The position numbers and the translations under genes are program-made. The notes under the pieces were generated by a model. The model did not search any database, had not been told where the DNA came from, and saw nothing but the letters and a program-made list of their open reading frames with translations. From Lama guanicoe (taxonomy: Eukaryota), in NCBI GenBank assembly GCA_013239625.1, contig MU053559.1, positions 2,710,324-2,774,323 of the forward strand: a DNA stretch of 64,000 bases, read 5' to 3'. Shown here one piece after another: positions 14,334-28,068 of the stretch (the first letter of the stretch is position 1; each line of letters begins with the position of its first letter).

Positions 14334-15394
14334 AAATAATGTGGATTAAAAAATGGTTTGCATTCAAATATTAGCTGAATGAGTAAGCTATTTATTCTAA
14401 AGGCATCACTTTGTTCTTTTTACTTTAAGAACTAACACAAAACCGTTTTTGTTGTACTAATAAACTTGTTTTAACTCAGAGACACAAATTCACATTACTC
14501 AAACACTATATGTAATCAATAAAAACAAATACTTAAATACTTCTACAATTTTTCAAAGTAAGAATAACTTAAGTAAAATTTTAACCAGAGACTAATTAAA
14601 AACAAAAGTTTATTTGAAGGCAATGTGTTTATTTTGTGCACTTATATAATATGCATTAATATCATGAAGATAAGTGATAAAATTTAAGTTTAAATGATTT
14701 TAAAATATTAAAAACAGTCATCTTTCGAAAACATTCATATTATTACAACATTGGCTAAAAATTAACAATAAATTATTTGCCCAGACCAAAAACAAATTTT
14801 AAAAAGCTCAAGGAAAAGAAATACCAAGTACAAACAAGAAACGTGGCTCAATAGCCAAGCAACAAAATTAAATACTGGAGAACTCCATCATTATCTTCTT
14901 GGTGATGGTGACACTTTTACATCCAAATGACTACATTACTTCAGCTTCAACATTACAAGAGAACTGCATGCGTAGAGAAACTGTAGTGTTAGATGCTCCA
15001 CAATTTTTAGATAAAATATTTTAGTTAATATTATTGACAGAGCTGTGAAAGCAAGCTCACCAATCACTAAGTGACTTTAGGCGAATTACTTAACTTCACT
15101 GAGTACTAAGCATATCTGGCACAAAGTATTCAATGCCTTTCTTCCATAGGTTAAACACCAGAGTATAATTTTGAGAACTTAAAAGGACTAGTTGCACTGA
15201 AGAACTATAATGAGATGGACTGTAAGATAGATGATGCTTGGCAGAGGGTGGAAATATGATGGGTTCAGATTAATTCTATCAAATCTGGGGAAAGGGACAG
15301 AAAAGGAATAGAATACATAAGCCACATATTTATCATCCATGACATGTAAAAACAATGAAAAGAAGTACTTATAACATGCTAAATATAATTATTA

Positions 15395-15493
<99 letters not shown>

Positions 15494-17119
15494 CTAAAAG
15501 AGCAGGGGAAAAAAAAGATTTAAAGAAAATAAAATTAGTATCTTTAAAGAATTAGATCATATCTTAAGATTTATACAATACTGATATTTTAGCATATTTT
15601 AAAAAATTAACTGAAAGAGAAAAGTGCTAATCCCATTACTGAATGTTCCTCTAACACTGGACAGCTGTGGTTAATAGGCCATGCTTTAGACTACCTAACG
15701 CCAGTAAAACATTCAATATTACGAAACATCATTAAAATATGACCTTTAAGAATCTGCCAAATCTCAACAGTTAAAAAGAAAACCATCTCAACCTACTTAA
15801 TAACATAAATGATTTCAACTTTATTTAATAACACTAATCAAGCTAGAGAAGTATTCTACCTCCAAGTGCACAATCTGTCTGCCTAGAAATAGCAAGTTGC
15901 AAAGCAACTTACTATGAACAATAGAGCACATGCGAAAAATGCTTTAAAAAAAAATCTAAGAGCAAAAGTAGTTGAAATCTAAGTTTAAAAGATAGTTACT
16001 GGCATATCAAATATCCTATGAAAAATTCGTAATACATACATGATTTTAAAGACACCAAACCTCCCATAATTATAGTCTAATAATCTTTGTGATATTTAAG
16101 GTTCCTTGGGCAAATAATCTCTAAATGAAACCATTACCCATAGTTCACCCCTCAAAAGTACTAATATGACTGAAACCCATTATTGCTACGGTCCTAAAGC
16201 TTAAGGTAACTCTCCCCCTACCCCCTCAATAAAGGCAGGGGGAAGCCAATGAAAGAAATCTCATAAATATTACCTTTAAAAAATATTTGGCAGAATAATA
16301 GATTGAAGTGGCTTTTATTCATATCACTGATAGTACATAGCTGCCTGAGCAAACAATTCTTCCTTCCAAAAACAGGAGGTAGAAACACAAAACTAGCTGT
16401 GTGAGCCTCAGGCAAACCACTTAAACTATGATCAAAATCCATAAAACAGAGGTAATGCCATCTTTCCATCTAGAGTTGTTCTAAGGATCCAATGAGACAA
16501 GTAAAGAGCTATGGAAATAAACAAGGAGCTATATGAATACAGTATGTCAACATGGGGAAGATTTGAAAGAATTGAGATTAACAGTAATTATTATGTAAAC
16601 TTATTTATCAGGTAAATGAGTTCCCCTTAAACACTGATCTGATCTGAAAAAGTCAGACAGTTAATGAAGGATAAAGACCAAGTTATTCAATTCCTTCAAC
16701 TGGTAAGTATCTGTTGAGCACCTAATACATAACAGGAACTGCTGGGACAACAGTATAGTCAACAATACAGACAGAGAAACAAATAAAACCTATTGTACTG
16801 AGTATAGGAAGAAAGAGCACATGATAAGTTTAGAGTACTAGCAGACTGGGCAGAAAACGCAGAGACAAGCAGAGACAACTTTACAAAGACCTTCCTAAAC
16901 CATGCTAAAGACTAAAGACTGTATCGTAAGACAATGGCATACCACTGAAATGGGTTCAAGCAATATAATCAGATTCACATTTTAGGAAGACCACTTTGTG
17001 GAATTACCTCAACAAATGCTAAAACATGCTTCCAACCAAACACTAGTAATCAAAAACAACAACAACAACAAACAAACAAACAAAACCAACATACTTGAAA
17101 AACTGAAGAACTGAGAAAC

Positions 17120-19590
17120 ATGAAGTCAGATTTCTACCTCATACTACACACAAAAAAGTGGCAACTGCATTAAAGACCTAACTATGAAATGTGAAAATAT
17201 AAAACTAAGAAAAGGTAGGAGAATATTTCCTTGAGATGGGAAAGAATTTATCCCACGTGGCCAAAACAGCACAAATCACAAGGAAGAGTGAGGATCTGAC
17301 TTGGAACACATAAGCAGAAAAATAGGCAACGGACATAAAAACCAACACACAAAAGGTGAAAAACATGAAGTATACACCTCCAGACATCAGAAAATGCAGG
17401 TTTAAATGACACACTACCTTCTACCCAACAGACTGGCAAACATAAAGTTGGGTAATTTAAATATTGTGGGGATGGGAGTAAAGGAAAACACTCGTGCCCT
17501 GCTGGAAGGAGATTTACTTGTGAAATTAGGAATGCAATTATGCCACAATCTAACAATCTCACTCTTGAGATCTATATAATAAAGAAATCTCCCACAGGTA
17601 GTACACTAAATGGTACTATTTGTAGTATCAAGGAGATGGACAGCTTAGGTCCATGTCACTAGGTAAGTGGAAACAAAAAAATATGATAGATGCTTATAGT
17701 AAGACATTAGCAATTGTAAGTAGTATATAAAGGCAACAGGACTTTATCTATAAAGGTGTTTAGTAAAGTTTTCCCTCTGGTAATGCTAGAGCAGCATTTC
17801 ACAGACAGCTTTAAATTCTGGATAAAATGTAAAAGTCAACTATCAGAGAGCACTAAAGAGAAACCAAAATCAATGAAAACAGAGAAATTAATACTTAGAA
17901 GAACGAAATGGCACTGGCTTATTAGTAACCCCCCTTTCCCAGGATTTTCACCTGAGGGCAGGCCCCAATTGGAACCTGGTTAGCTAGAAATCAAATAGAA
18001 ACCAGCAATCTTACTAGCTTGAAGAATCAGAGGACAGACTTTGAAGCTATCACAGGAGCTGGAATTGAGGGGAGAAGAAATCTCAGAAAGACAGTCAGAG
18101 AGAAAAAAACATCAAAGTCTGTAACTGAACTGTCCAAATCTCTGGATGGCCACTGAACTGTGCATGAACACAACAGATGTCCAGCAGCCTAAAAGAACTA
18201 AAGAAAGGGACATTTTAGCTACTGTCCACCACAGGAGTGACAATGCTTATAGAGTGTGACTTGAGCAAAGTTAACTGGCTAATAAAACAAAAATATCATC
18301 TCCAGAAAAATATAATGTTAAAAAACCTTCCATATGCCTGACACTAAGAGATATGTTAGAAATTCAATAAACAAATAAATTCAGTGAGTCTGGTACTACT
18401 GATCTGGAAGACCCAGACCCAAGAAGCTGTTAAAATAAAACCATTCTACAAATGCAAGAAATATAAATTTATAAATAAAATAAAACAAAGTCAATTCTCC
18501 ACAATAGATTATTCATGATACCTAGGATAAAATTACTAGACTTGTAAAGAAACAGGAAATTTTTACCCATGTTCAAAACAAAAGGAAATTAATAAAAACC
18601 AGCCATAAAATGACTTAGATGTTAAAGTTTGCAAATAATTTTAAAGCAGCTATTTTGATAATGTTCACAGACAAAAAGGGAAACAATCATAAAGAATGAA
18701 TGGACAGGAAATCAGAGTACAGAAAGAAAATTGAAAGAGAAACAAAAGGAAATTCTAGAACTGAAAAATACTAATTTCAAATTAAAAAAGAAAAACATCA
18801 CTAAATGGACTGAAGAGTAGATTAAAGACTTATAAGAAAAAAAAAAAAGATTTGAAAACAGGTTGGCAAAAAGTATCCAGACTGAAGCAAAACAGACAAA
18901 AGAGGAGAAAAAAAGAAAAAAGTCATCCAAGATGTAGGAGACAATAACAAAATGTCTACCATACCTGTAATTGGAGTTCAAGAAGAAGAGAGAAAAAATG
19001 GGGCAGAAAAAATACTGACAGTATAATGGTTGAGAATTTTCCAGAACTGACAAAAGACATCAAATCCCATATCCAAAAGACTAAAAAATAATCAAAGTAG
19101 TATAAATACAAAGGAAAAGCTAATACCTAAGTACATCATAGTCAAATACTTAAGAACAAAATGTGAAGAGTGGAACCTTGAAAGTAGCCAGAGAAAATAA
19201 AAATACAAAGAACACAACAAGAATGACAGCCATCTTTATGTAAACGTTCTCAGTAATCAAATATAAATGGACTAGATATTCCAAACAAACAACAGAGACT
19301 GCCAGAACAAATATACAAAAGTGAAAGCCAAAAACATAGTTATTTGTAAGAGCTGCACTTTTTCATATGAAGACTTAAGTAGGTTGGAAAAAAAAGGATG
19401 AAAAAGGATGCCATGTAAACTAAGCATTAGAACACTGAAGTGACTAGATTCAGACCTGATTAAGAAGACTTCAAGGCCGAGTATTACCAGAGATAAAGAG
19501 GAATATTTCATAATGATAAAGGACATATCAGGATGATGTAACAATAACAGAGCTTCAAATGTAAGAAAAGATGGCTGACAGAATTAACAC
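17120..19590 (+). mobile_element. Old L1 fragments (a 3' ORF2 piece, then 5'UTR/ORF1/ORF2-start remnants)
   Basis: A-rich L1 motifs: AAAGACCTAAACTATGAAATGTGAAA, GAAATTCTAGAACTGAAAAATAC, GTAATTGGAGTTCAAGAAGAAGAG, TAAATGGACTAGATATTCCAA, TTTCATAATGATAAAGG; boundaries approximate. Confidence 0.75.
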
Positions 19591-22500
19591 GGATAAAAGA
19601 CTATTAATTGAGCTATGTAATTTATTCCACTTTCGCCAACTGTCCCACTAATATCCTTTTTTCTGCCAGGATCCAATTCAAGATCCCACACTGTGTTCAG
19701 TTAGCATGTCTCCTTACTATCCTTCAATCTGGGACAGATGCTCAGTCTCTGATTTCATGACCTTGACGCTTTAAAAAAGTACTAGCTAGTTACTTTGAAG
19801 AATGTCCCTTAAAAATAGTAAGTGCCTTGTGGAAAGGCATTTATCGATATTTATCATTTCTCATATATTAATTAATTAAAATTCTATAGAAAGAAAGAGG
19901 TGTCGCTTTCCCATTTATTCAATTACTCATTTATAGCAATATGAACTAACATATTTTATTCCGTACCTTATATACCATTATTATAATTATTTGTTTCTAA
20001 ACTTGTATCAGATTTGGTGATTAGAAACTCCATTCCTCTCAAGTTGGCTCCTATATCCTTTTCACATGCCCAGTTTTGTTTTTTTTTTTTGAGCATTTCC
20101 TTCCTTTTTGGCACCATGAAACGTTCCCAGGGCTCATCCTGTTTCCCTGCTTAAGCCCTGGAATGACCCACTTCTCCCCAAGAATTCCTGGTTCCTTTTA
20201 TTGAAGAATCATATTCAGAAACAAGGAGTCAGGTGCTAGTATGTTCAATGCTGCTAAGGTGGGTCAGTGCTTCTAGGCCCTTTTAGTAAACAGAGCTAGT
20301 AAATATGTTTATGTACATACACCCACACACCTATATTTCTATCCAACTATCTATATCCATAAATAATCATATTCATACTGATCCTTCCAATTCCAATCCG
20401 ACAACAGAGTTCAGTCTAGCCTTTCTTCTTTTCTTACTTGTAACTTCTCCAGTGAAAACCTGGCCCTCATTATCCACAATATATTTACTTATTGGTTTAT
20501 TCCCAATATTTACATAAAATAGTCACAGAATTTCTATCCATACGCTTGTGAGAAAGTAACCATAGTGCAAGATCTGTTTATAGTTCTGTTTGTCTCTAGC
20601 TTTACACTATACAGTCAAAATACTATTCTCCAAAGTTCACGTAGGTTAGTTCTTTTCATCCCTACCTCCTCAGTATAGTTATGTTATCCATCTGTAATAC
20701 GGGCAGGCTCATTTGTTACTGTTTACATTCTATTTTGGGCTAACTCACATTCTGGATGGTCTTAACTATTCAGTTAATTTTGGAGTGTGTGAAACATAAC
20801 CAGGTTCTAAGAGTTAGAGCTATATAAATAGTATATACTCAAGGTAAGTTCTGTTCTCTCCTCATCCTTTAATATTCCACTCACAACCATCCCTGGTAGG
20901 TAACCAATCTCACTTGTTTCTAGTTTATCCATTTTCAGTATTATCTTTGCACAAATGGGACATGTATACTTGGCTTTGTACATGTATAGTTTCTTTCTTT
21001 CACAATTATATTTCACACTTAAATACTTTGCATTTTCTCCATTTAATAGTATATCCTGGAAATCATTCCATATAGTGATTTACACAGATCTTCCTCACTC
21101 TCTTCTAAAGTTGGTTGGTACTCCATTGCCTGAATGTATTATAATTTATACAACCATTCTCCTATGTATGGGCATTTAGGTTGTTTCCAATATTTTGCAA
21201 TCACAAACAATGTTCCAAAAGATATCCTTGTGCCTATATATTTCCATATTTGGGGAGGTACACTTTCATATTTTTGGAGGTATATTTTCAAGGCACATTC
21301 CTATATGTGGGACCATTGATTCAAAATGGAAGTGCATGTAGTTTTGTTAGATTATCTGTTCTAGATGGGGTGTACCAGTTAGCATTACCTCAATCCATGA
21401 GAGTGCCCATTCCCCTCCCATAGCCACTTACACTCTTCACCAATCTGATAAGTAAGAAATTATACTTCAGTGTTGCTTTAATTTGCACTTCTCTGTGCTT
21501 GAACACTTTTCCATATGTTTAAGGGCCATTAAACCCCTTTTTTGTTAAGTGCCTATTTACGTCTTTCTTCCCATTTTTCTACTGGGATTTTTTTGTTCCT
21601 TTGTTTCTCAAATTTTAATATTAGCCTTTTGTGGTATATGTTTTGTGGTAAATATTTTCTCCCAGTTTCATAGGTGTCATCTGATTTATGTTTATGTTTT
21701 TGTTTTTGTTATGTAGAAATATTTTTATTGTTACTCAAACTGATTGGTCATTCTTTTTATTGCCTCTGAATTTGGGGCTATAGTGAAAAAAGCCTTTTGC
21801 CCACAAGACTGAGGAAGAATTCATGTTTCTTCTAGTGCTCATACAATATCAATTTTTACATTTTGACCCTAATTCATTTGTAGTAGTTACATTTTGTGAA
21901 TGGTTTGAGTTATGGGTCTAATTTTTATCTTTTTCCAAACGGCTACCTAGTTGTCCCAGATTCATTTATGAATAAATCTGCCTTAGCCACTGGAATGTGA
22001 GATTTTACCTTTATCATATACTCAAATTCCCTATATACACTGGCCTTTCTATAATATTCCACTGGTCTATATGTCTATTCATGTGCCAGTACAACACTTT
22101 TAAGTTTATAAGCTTCCTTGTATATTTTAATATCTAGTAGAGTTAATATAACCCATATAATTTCTCCCCCATCCCCACCCCTACCAGTATTATTCTGGCT
22201 ATTCTAGTATTTTTTTTCCATACCAACTTACATAATTCCCTTAAGAAGTCTATTAGTATTTTCTACTGATGTTGCATTACATTTATAAATTAACCTAGAG
22301 AGAATCAACATCTTTATACTGTTGAGTCACAGTATCTTTTAAATTTATTGTTAAGTATTTAATTACTTAACTAGAAAAAAAATGGGAATTTTTTCTAACA
22401 TCATGCTCATTATTGTTGTTGAAGACTTTTAATTTCTGTATGTTAATTTATGTCTCTAATTTATTTCTCTTTTCTAACTGCAATGGCTAATACCTATAGT

Positions 22501-22980
22501 ACAATAATTAGGAGTAATAAAGATAGTGGGCATCTTTGCCCTGCTGCTGATTTTTGTGAAAATGTCGCTAGTGTTTCTCCTTAAGTAAAATCCTGGCTTT
22601 GGAAGTAAAAGTACATGAATTTTCTCAAGATAGGAAAGTAACCCTTAATTTCTATCGCCAATAGTATTTTTAATCGGGAATGGGTACTGAATCTAACAAA
22701 GGCTTCTTCACCATCTATGGTGATAATGATTTGCTTTTACCTTTAGCTCTGTTATTAAGCTGCATGATATTAAAAGCTTTCCTAATATTCAGTCAACCTT
22801 GTATGCCCAGAATGGTCTTAGTATATTATTTGCTTAGTGAGGTAACAGATTTTGTTTGCTAATATTTTATTTAGTATTTTTACATCCATCTTCGTCAGTG
22901 ATACTGGTCTGTATACTAATTCTTTTTTGTACTGTCTTTATCAGGCTTAGGTATCAGTGTTAGACTTGCTTCAAAAACGA
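19590..22980 (-). mobile_element. Old L1 (L1MC/ME-like) 3'UTR plus ORF2 remnants, in the same orientation as KDM6A; continues at about 23740-24440
   Basis: T-rich antisense L1 motifs: GGGCATTTAGGTTGTTTCCAATATTTTGCAATCACAAAC, GATAGTGGGCATCTTTGCCCTG, GGAATTCCCCTGTAAAGCCATCTGG; boundaries approximate. Confidence 0.75.
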
Positions 22981-22989
22981 ATAGGGGGG

Positions 22990-23550
22990 AAACAGTATGA
23001 CAGTTTCACAAAAATTTTAACACAGAATTACCATATGACCAGTAATTCTACTTCTAGGTATATATCCAAAAAAGAAAAATTGAAAGCTGGGACAAAAACA
23101 GTTATTTGCACACTCGTATTCATAGCAGCATTATTCACAATAGCCAAAAGGTGGAAGATACATGAATGTCCACTGATAGATGAATGGATAAACCAAATGT
23201 GGTGTGTACATACAATGAAATACTAATTTGGCCTTAAAACAGGAATGAAATTCTGACACATGCTACAATATGTACAAACCTTAAAGATATTATGCTAAGT
23301 GAAACAAGCCAGACACAAAAAGACAAATACTGTACCATTCTACTTATGTGAGGTACCTAGGGTAGTCAAACTCATAGACACAGGAAGTGGAATAGTGGCT
23401 GCCAGGGGCTGGGGAAAGGGAGAATGAGAAGTTATTGTTTAATGGGTAGAGAGTTCCAGCCTGGGCTGATAAGAAAGTTCTGGAGATGAACAGTTGCTCA
23501 ATAATGTGAATGTACTTAATTTACGTCACATATATTTTACAATTTAAAAA
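22990..23550 (+). mobile_element. L1MB-like 3' end nested in the minus-strand L1
   Basis: ORF 22957..23226 ends FIAALFTIAKRWKIHECPLIDEWINQMWCVHTMKY (ORF2p C-terminus), followed by 3'UTR. Confidence 0.88.
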
Positions 23551-25293
23551 AAGAAGATATCAAAGCACTCTAGTCTATAGTTAATTTTTAGAATCAGAGA
23601 TTTTTGTTTCCATTTTATGTTTAAAATATGCTATAGAATCAATAAGTGCAGAAAGGACTTTAATTATTACCAAACACATATGTGTCTCAAGGTCAGATTG
23701 AAAGCTGTTATAAGCCCCCGACTCCCCTCAAAATAAGAAAAAGAAATGAGAAAGTTTTTCTTCATTTCCAATGCTCTGGGACAATCTATACAGCATTAGA
23801 ATTATCTGGCCTTTAAAGGCTTGGTGGAATTCCCCTGTAAAGCCATCTGGGCATGGTACTTTCTATAAGGCATTATTTAATTTTCTCTATTTCTGTTTAT
23901 GACAATTGGCTTTTTATAACTTTTCTAACTCTAATGAGGTCAATTTTGCTAATCTGTATTTTCCTGGGAAACAGTCCATTTCGTTTAAGTTTTCAAATTC
24001 ATTTGCATAGAGGTCTGCTAAGTAGTCTTATATGATTGTTCTAATTTCTTCTGTTCCCATCATTATCTTATTTTGTGTATCTGTGCTTTATCTTTCATTT
24101 ATACCCTTGATCAATTTAGCTTGTGGTTTATTTATTTTGTTAATTTTTTCAGAATACTAAGGTTTTGACCTATTACTTAGATCTACTGGTTTTCTCTCCT
24201 TTTCACACTATTATTTCTTTTAAAAAAATTCTTCCTCCTTCCTCACAATATATTTTCCCTATGTTGATTTCTGTTTGTTTTCTTAACAGATTTGCTTACA
24301 TTGAACTAACCTTGAATTCATGGACTAAACCCTATGTAATCATGACATAGTTACTGCATCTTTAAATGTCAGTTGGAATTTATTTTTCTTTTTTTTAGAA
24401 TTGTTGGACTTGTATAATATACATAAATGAAACCAGTCTACATTGTTTCAGTAATAAACTACTGCTGGATAGTTGGAAGACAATGCTAAAAATGAAACCA
24501 ATAATTTTTATCAATAGTGTTATCTATAATAACATTATTTATAACTATCCCTCAAGGAAGAATAGTTAAATTAGTTATAGTACATCTCTGCAAAGGGATA
24601 TAACACAGCTCTATGTCTACAGACAGGGAATGGTTTCCAAAATATAATACTTGGTTAAAAAAAAACAATTTAATAAGCAAGATCAAGAAAGAACATACAT
24701 AATACATGGGCAAATATGTATATATATATGGATTTGCTTATGTATATGCTGAGTTTCTCTGGAAGGATACAAAAAACACTAGTAACAGTGGTTGGTGGCT
24801 TACGGGAGGGGAACAGGTGGCTAGGGAAAAGGAGGGAGGAAGATACTTCACTGTGTATTCTTTCAGACACTTTCATTTTGGATTATCTATGCAAAAATAA
24901 GTAACACTGTAGTAACAAAATTAAAAGGAAGAAATCTTGTATCTTTGAAGACTATTAAGAATTTAGATGGTGAACTATTCAAGTTATTTCATCAAAATCA
25001 AGAAAAAGAACTGAAGGCCAGTTAATTCTATTTACTATTAGAAAAAAACGGTTATGGAGGTCTCAGCTAACAAAATGGGAAAGGTAAGTTAAATAATGGA
25101 TATAAATATCCAAGAATAATTCATATTTGCTTGGAGATATGACATTATACAGAGAAACAAAATAGTGTTGATATGACATTCAGAAATGATATGGTAACAT
25201 ACACAGAGACCTATGAGAATCTAATTTTTTAAATCTAAGAATGGGTGTGGGGTAGATGACATGACCTCTCATTATAATTACCCAAACCTAAAT

Positions 25294-26010
25294 AGAACCA
25301 CCATATGATCTAGCAATCCCACTTCTGGGTATATTTCCAAGGGAAACAAAATCATTATCTTGAAGAGATATCTGTACTCTCATGTTCACTGCAGCATTAG
25401 TCACAAGAGCCAAGTATAGGGACAACCTAAGTATCTGTCTGCAGATGGATCAAGAAAATGTGGTATATAAATACAATGGAATAGTACTTCAGCCTTAAAA
25501 AAGAAGGAAATCCTGTCATTTCTGACAACATGTATAAACCTGGAGGGCATTACGCTAAGTGAAATAAACCAGACTGAGAAAGACAAATTATATATGGCAT
25601 CACTTATATGTGGATTCTTAAAAAAAAAAGGGGTGGGATGATGATGGTGGTTTAACTCAAAGGAAGAGTAGAAAAGTAGCTACCAAGGGACAGGGTGGAA
25701 GAAGTTTAGGGAGAGGTTGGTAAAAGGACACAAACTTTCAGTTATGAGTAAGGTCTAATGATCTAATGTACAATATCGAAACTATAGTTGATAACACTGT
25801 ATTGTACAACTGAAACTTGCTACGAGAATTAAACTTAAATGTTCTCACCCTCCTCCCCCAAAGGGGTGGTGGTACAAAGATGTGAGGTGATACATGTGTT
25901 AATTAACTCAGGGGAAGGGGGAACCATACACATATCAAATCATCACACTGTACACTTTAAATCTTGTAATTTTAACTGTCAATTATATGTCAATAAAGCT
26001 GAAAAATAAA
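25294..26010 (+). mobile_element. L1MA-like 3' end with TSD
   Basis: ORF2 C-terminal and 3'UTR motifs ending CAATAAAGCTGAAAAATAAAA; TSD ACCCAAACCTAAAT at 25280-25293 and 26014-26027. Confidence 0.88.
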
Positions 26011-28033
26011 ATAACCCAAACCTAAATGCATGATCAAATTTACCCCCGTACCCTGTACCCCCATTTCTACAAAAGGCCTCCTTTTTGTCTTTCAAATATT
26101 TTAAGCTCAATACCACAAACACCTCTTTATCAGAATGACCCAGCAACACACACACACACACCATCAGCCCCAACTGATAATATTACTGGCTCCTCTCTAT
26201 TCAGGACTCAACTCAAACAGCTCCTGCTCAGAGGGGCCTTCCTTAACCATTCTAGTTTAAAAAGTGTCCCATCATTTTTTACTTTTAATTATGTTCTTGT
26301 GGTTTAATTCTGTGAAGGCAATACAGGGACAGGGCTCTCAGGGTTTGTGAAATGATACTGAATTCTTTCTACACTAGCAGGAAGACTTCTCCCTATATAA
26401 AGAAATTTCCCTTGAACTATCTGGTTACCTAGCAGTAGTCACTAACCACGTATGACTACTTTAAAACTATTTATTCATAAATAAGGTATGTTGATATGAA
26501 TCAGCTAAACTATGAAAAGTAACTTTCTATAGACAGGTAAGGTAGGTAAGCCTTTTTGTTTTCCTTAAAATTTCACCTGAAAATAAAAACACTTGTTATA
26601 AGCACTGGAGTAGAGATTTCTTCAATTCTTTCATATATTTAGTATCATCTTCCTGTCATCTATACTCTGCCTAGCATGAATTTTGTTCTTTTTGTTTTGT
26701 TTAATCTTAATAGGCACTAAAATTTACCAAATGAAAGCATCAGTGGGTGGAGGGCCTCATTCCCACATTACCTTCACAAGGTCAAAAAAATTAACACCAA
26801 CAGACAACTTCTCATCAGAAACAACGAAAGCCAGAAAACAATGGAATGTATTTTAAAGCAGTTGAATAAAATAATCAAATAGAATTACACTCATTAAAAA
26901 GAAAGATGAGAGAACTTCTGCTGCTTTACCTAATGACAGACCAGGGAATCTCACCAAGAAGTAGAAAAGCTGGGGGGAAAAAAATCCGAGCATCCTTTCG
27001 AAGGTAGCAAAAAGCTCCCGAGGTAACGAAAACAGAAGGAGCTAAGACCCCAGGGAAGGAACTCTGGAGAAGAAGCTTATTTCTGTAGCTGCTTTCACTC
27101 TGGGGTCTTTATTGATTTGGCAAAATTCAGGACTTGGCAGGAGGCTGGGACTAGAACTGGCAGGTAAAGATTCTGATCCACAGCATGCATGTAATTCTCA
27201 TGTGCATCCTCTCAATGTGCATAAAATCCCTAGATTAGTAGAGAATCCAAACCTGAGTGTGCATCAATTCTGATTCAGTGGACATGTGAGCACGCTTCTG
27301 TGTGTTTGGGGTGGGGATGGGGGGCCAGATGGAAGAGTCCACGAATTAAATATTAATTTTTAAGACCACCCCGTGGTGGCTCTGAAACAAAACAGACCTT
27401 AGAAATTATGTACAAATATAACAGTATTTTTTTTCCTAAAAAGTTGTTATAAACTTTCTGTTTTGAATAAACTATGATTTTTAGCCTAATTTTCCATACC
27501 ACTGCCTACTTAGAGTAAATGTCTATGTGTTATATCTTTTATCATACAACTAAGCAAAATCCGACAAACATAAAATGTTCTAAAATTAAGTCTGGAAGTT
27601 TTTAAAACATAGCAGCCATAAAAGTAGTGGTAATGACATCAAGAAGTGACAAATATGCCTTTCAAATGGTAACATGTAGAAGGAATACGTCAATCTTAAA
27701 GATAAGTGTAACTAAAAACAATGCACTATAACAACCATCTATAAATATTTTGAAAAGAAAACCAGGCATTTCACATCAAAAAAGAGAAATCTTAAATACA
27801 GCCATTTAACCCTGCAGACAGTTCAAGTTTACAGGCAAATCATGTTGAATGAAACTTCTTTGTACACAACAAGAACTCTAGTAACTGTAACACTAAAGCA
27901 AAATCTTGACCACATTTAACGACTATAAAATGTATATAAGAGGCAATGCCCAGACTCCATTAAATTGTCTGACTTCACTTAAAATGATCTGGGTGATCAT
28001 TTTTGTTTAAGTAAAGTAAATTAAAACACGTAC

Positions 28034-28068
28034 CTGGGTTTCATATAAGTGGGCAATGTGAAATTGAA
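28034..28068 (-). CDS. KDM6A: KDM6A exon 8 (35 nt), (I)QFHIAHLYETQ
   Basis: Acceptor CTTTACAG|TTCAAT, donor CAG|GTACGT; phase fits exons 7 and 9. Confidence 0.95.

Noticed and set aside
27364..27382. CTCF-like site GCCACCACGGGGTGGTC
   Set aside because: Only a partial match to the core, lacking the AG(G/A)GGGCGC positions; not supportable from sequence alone.
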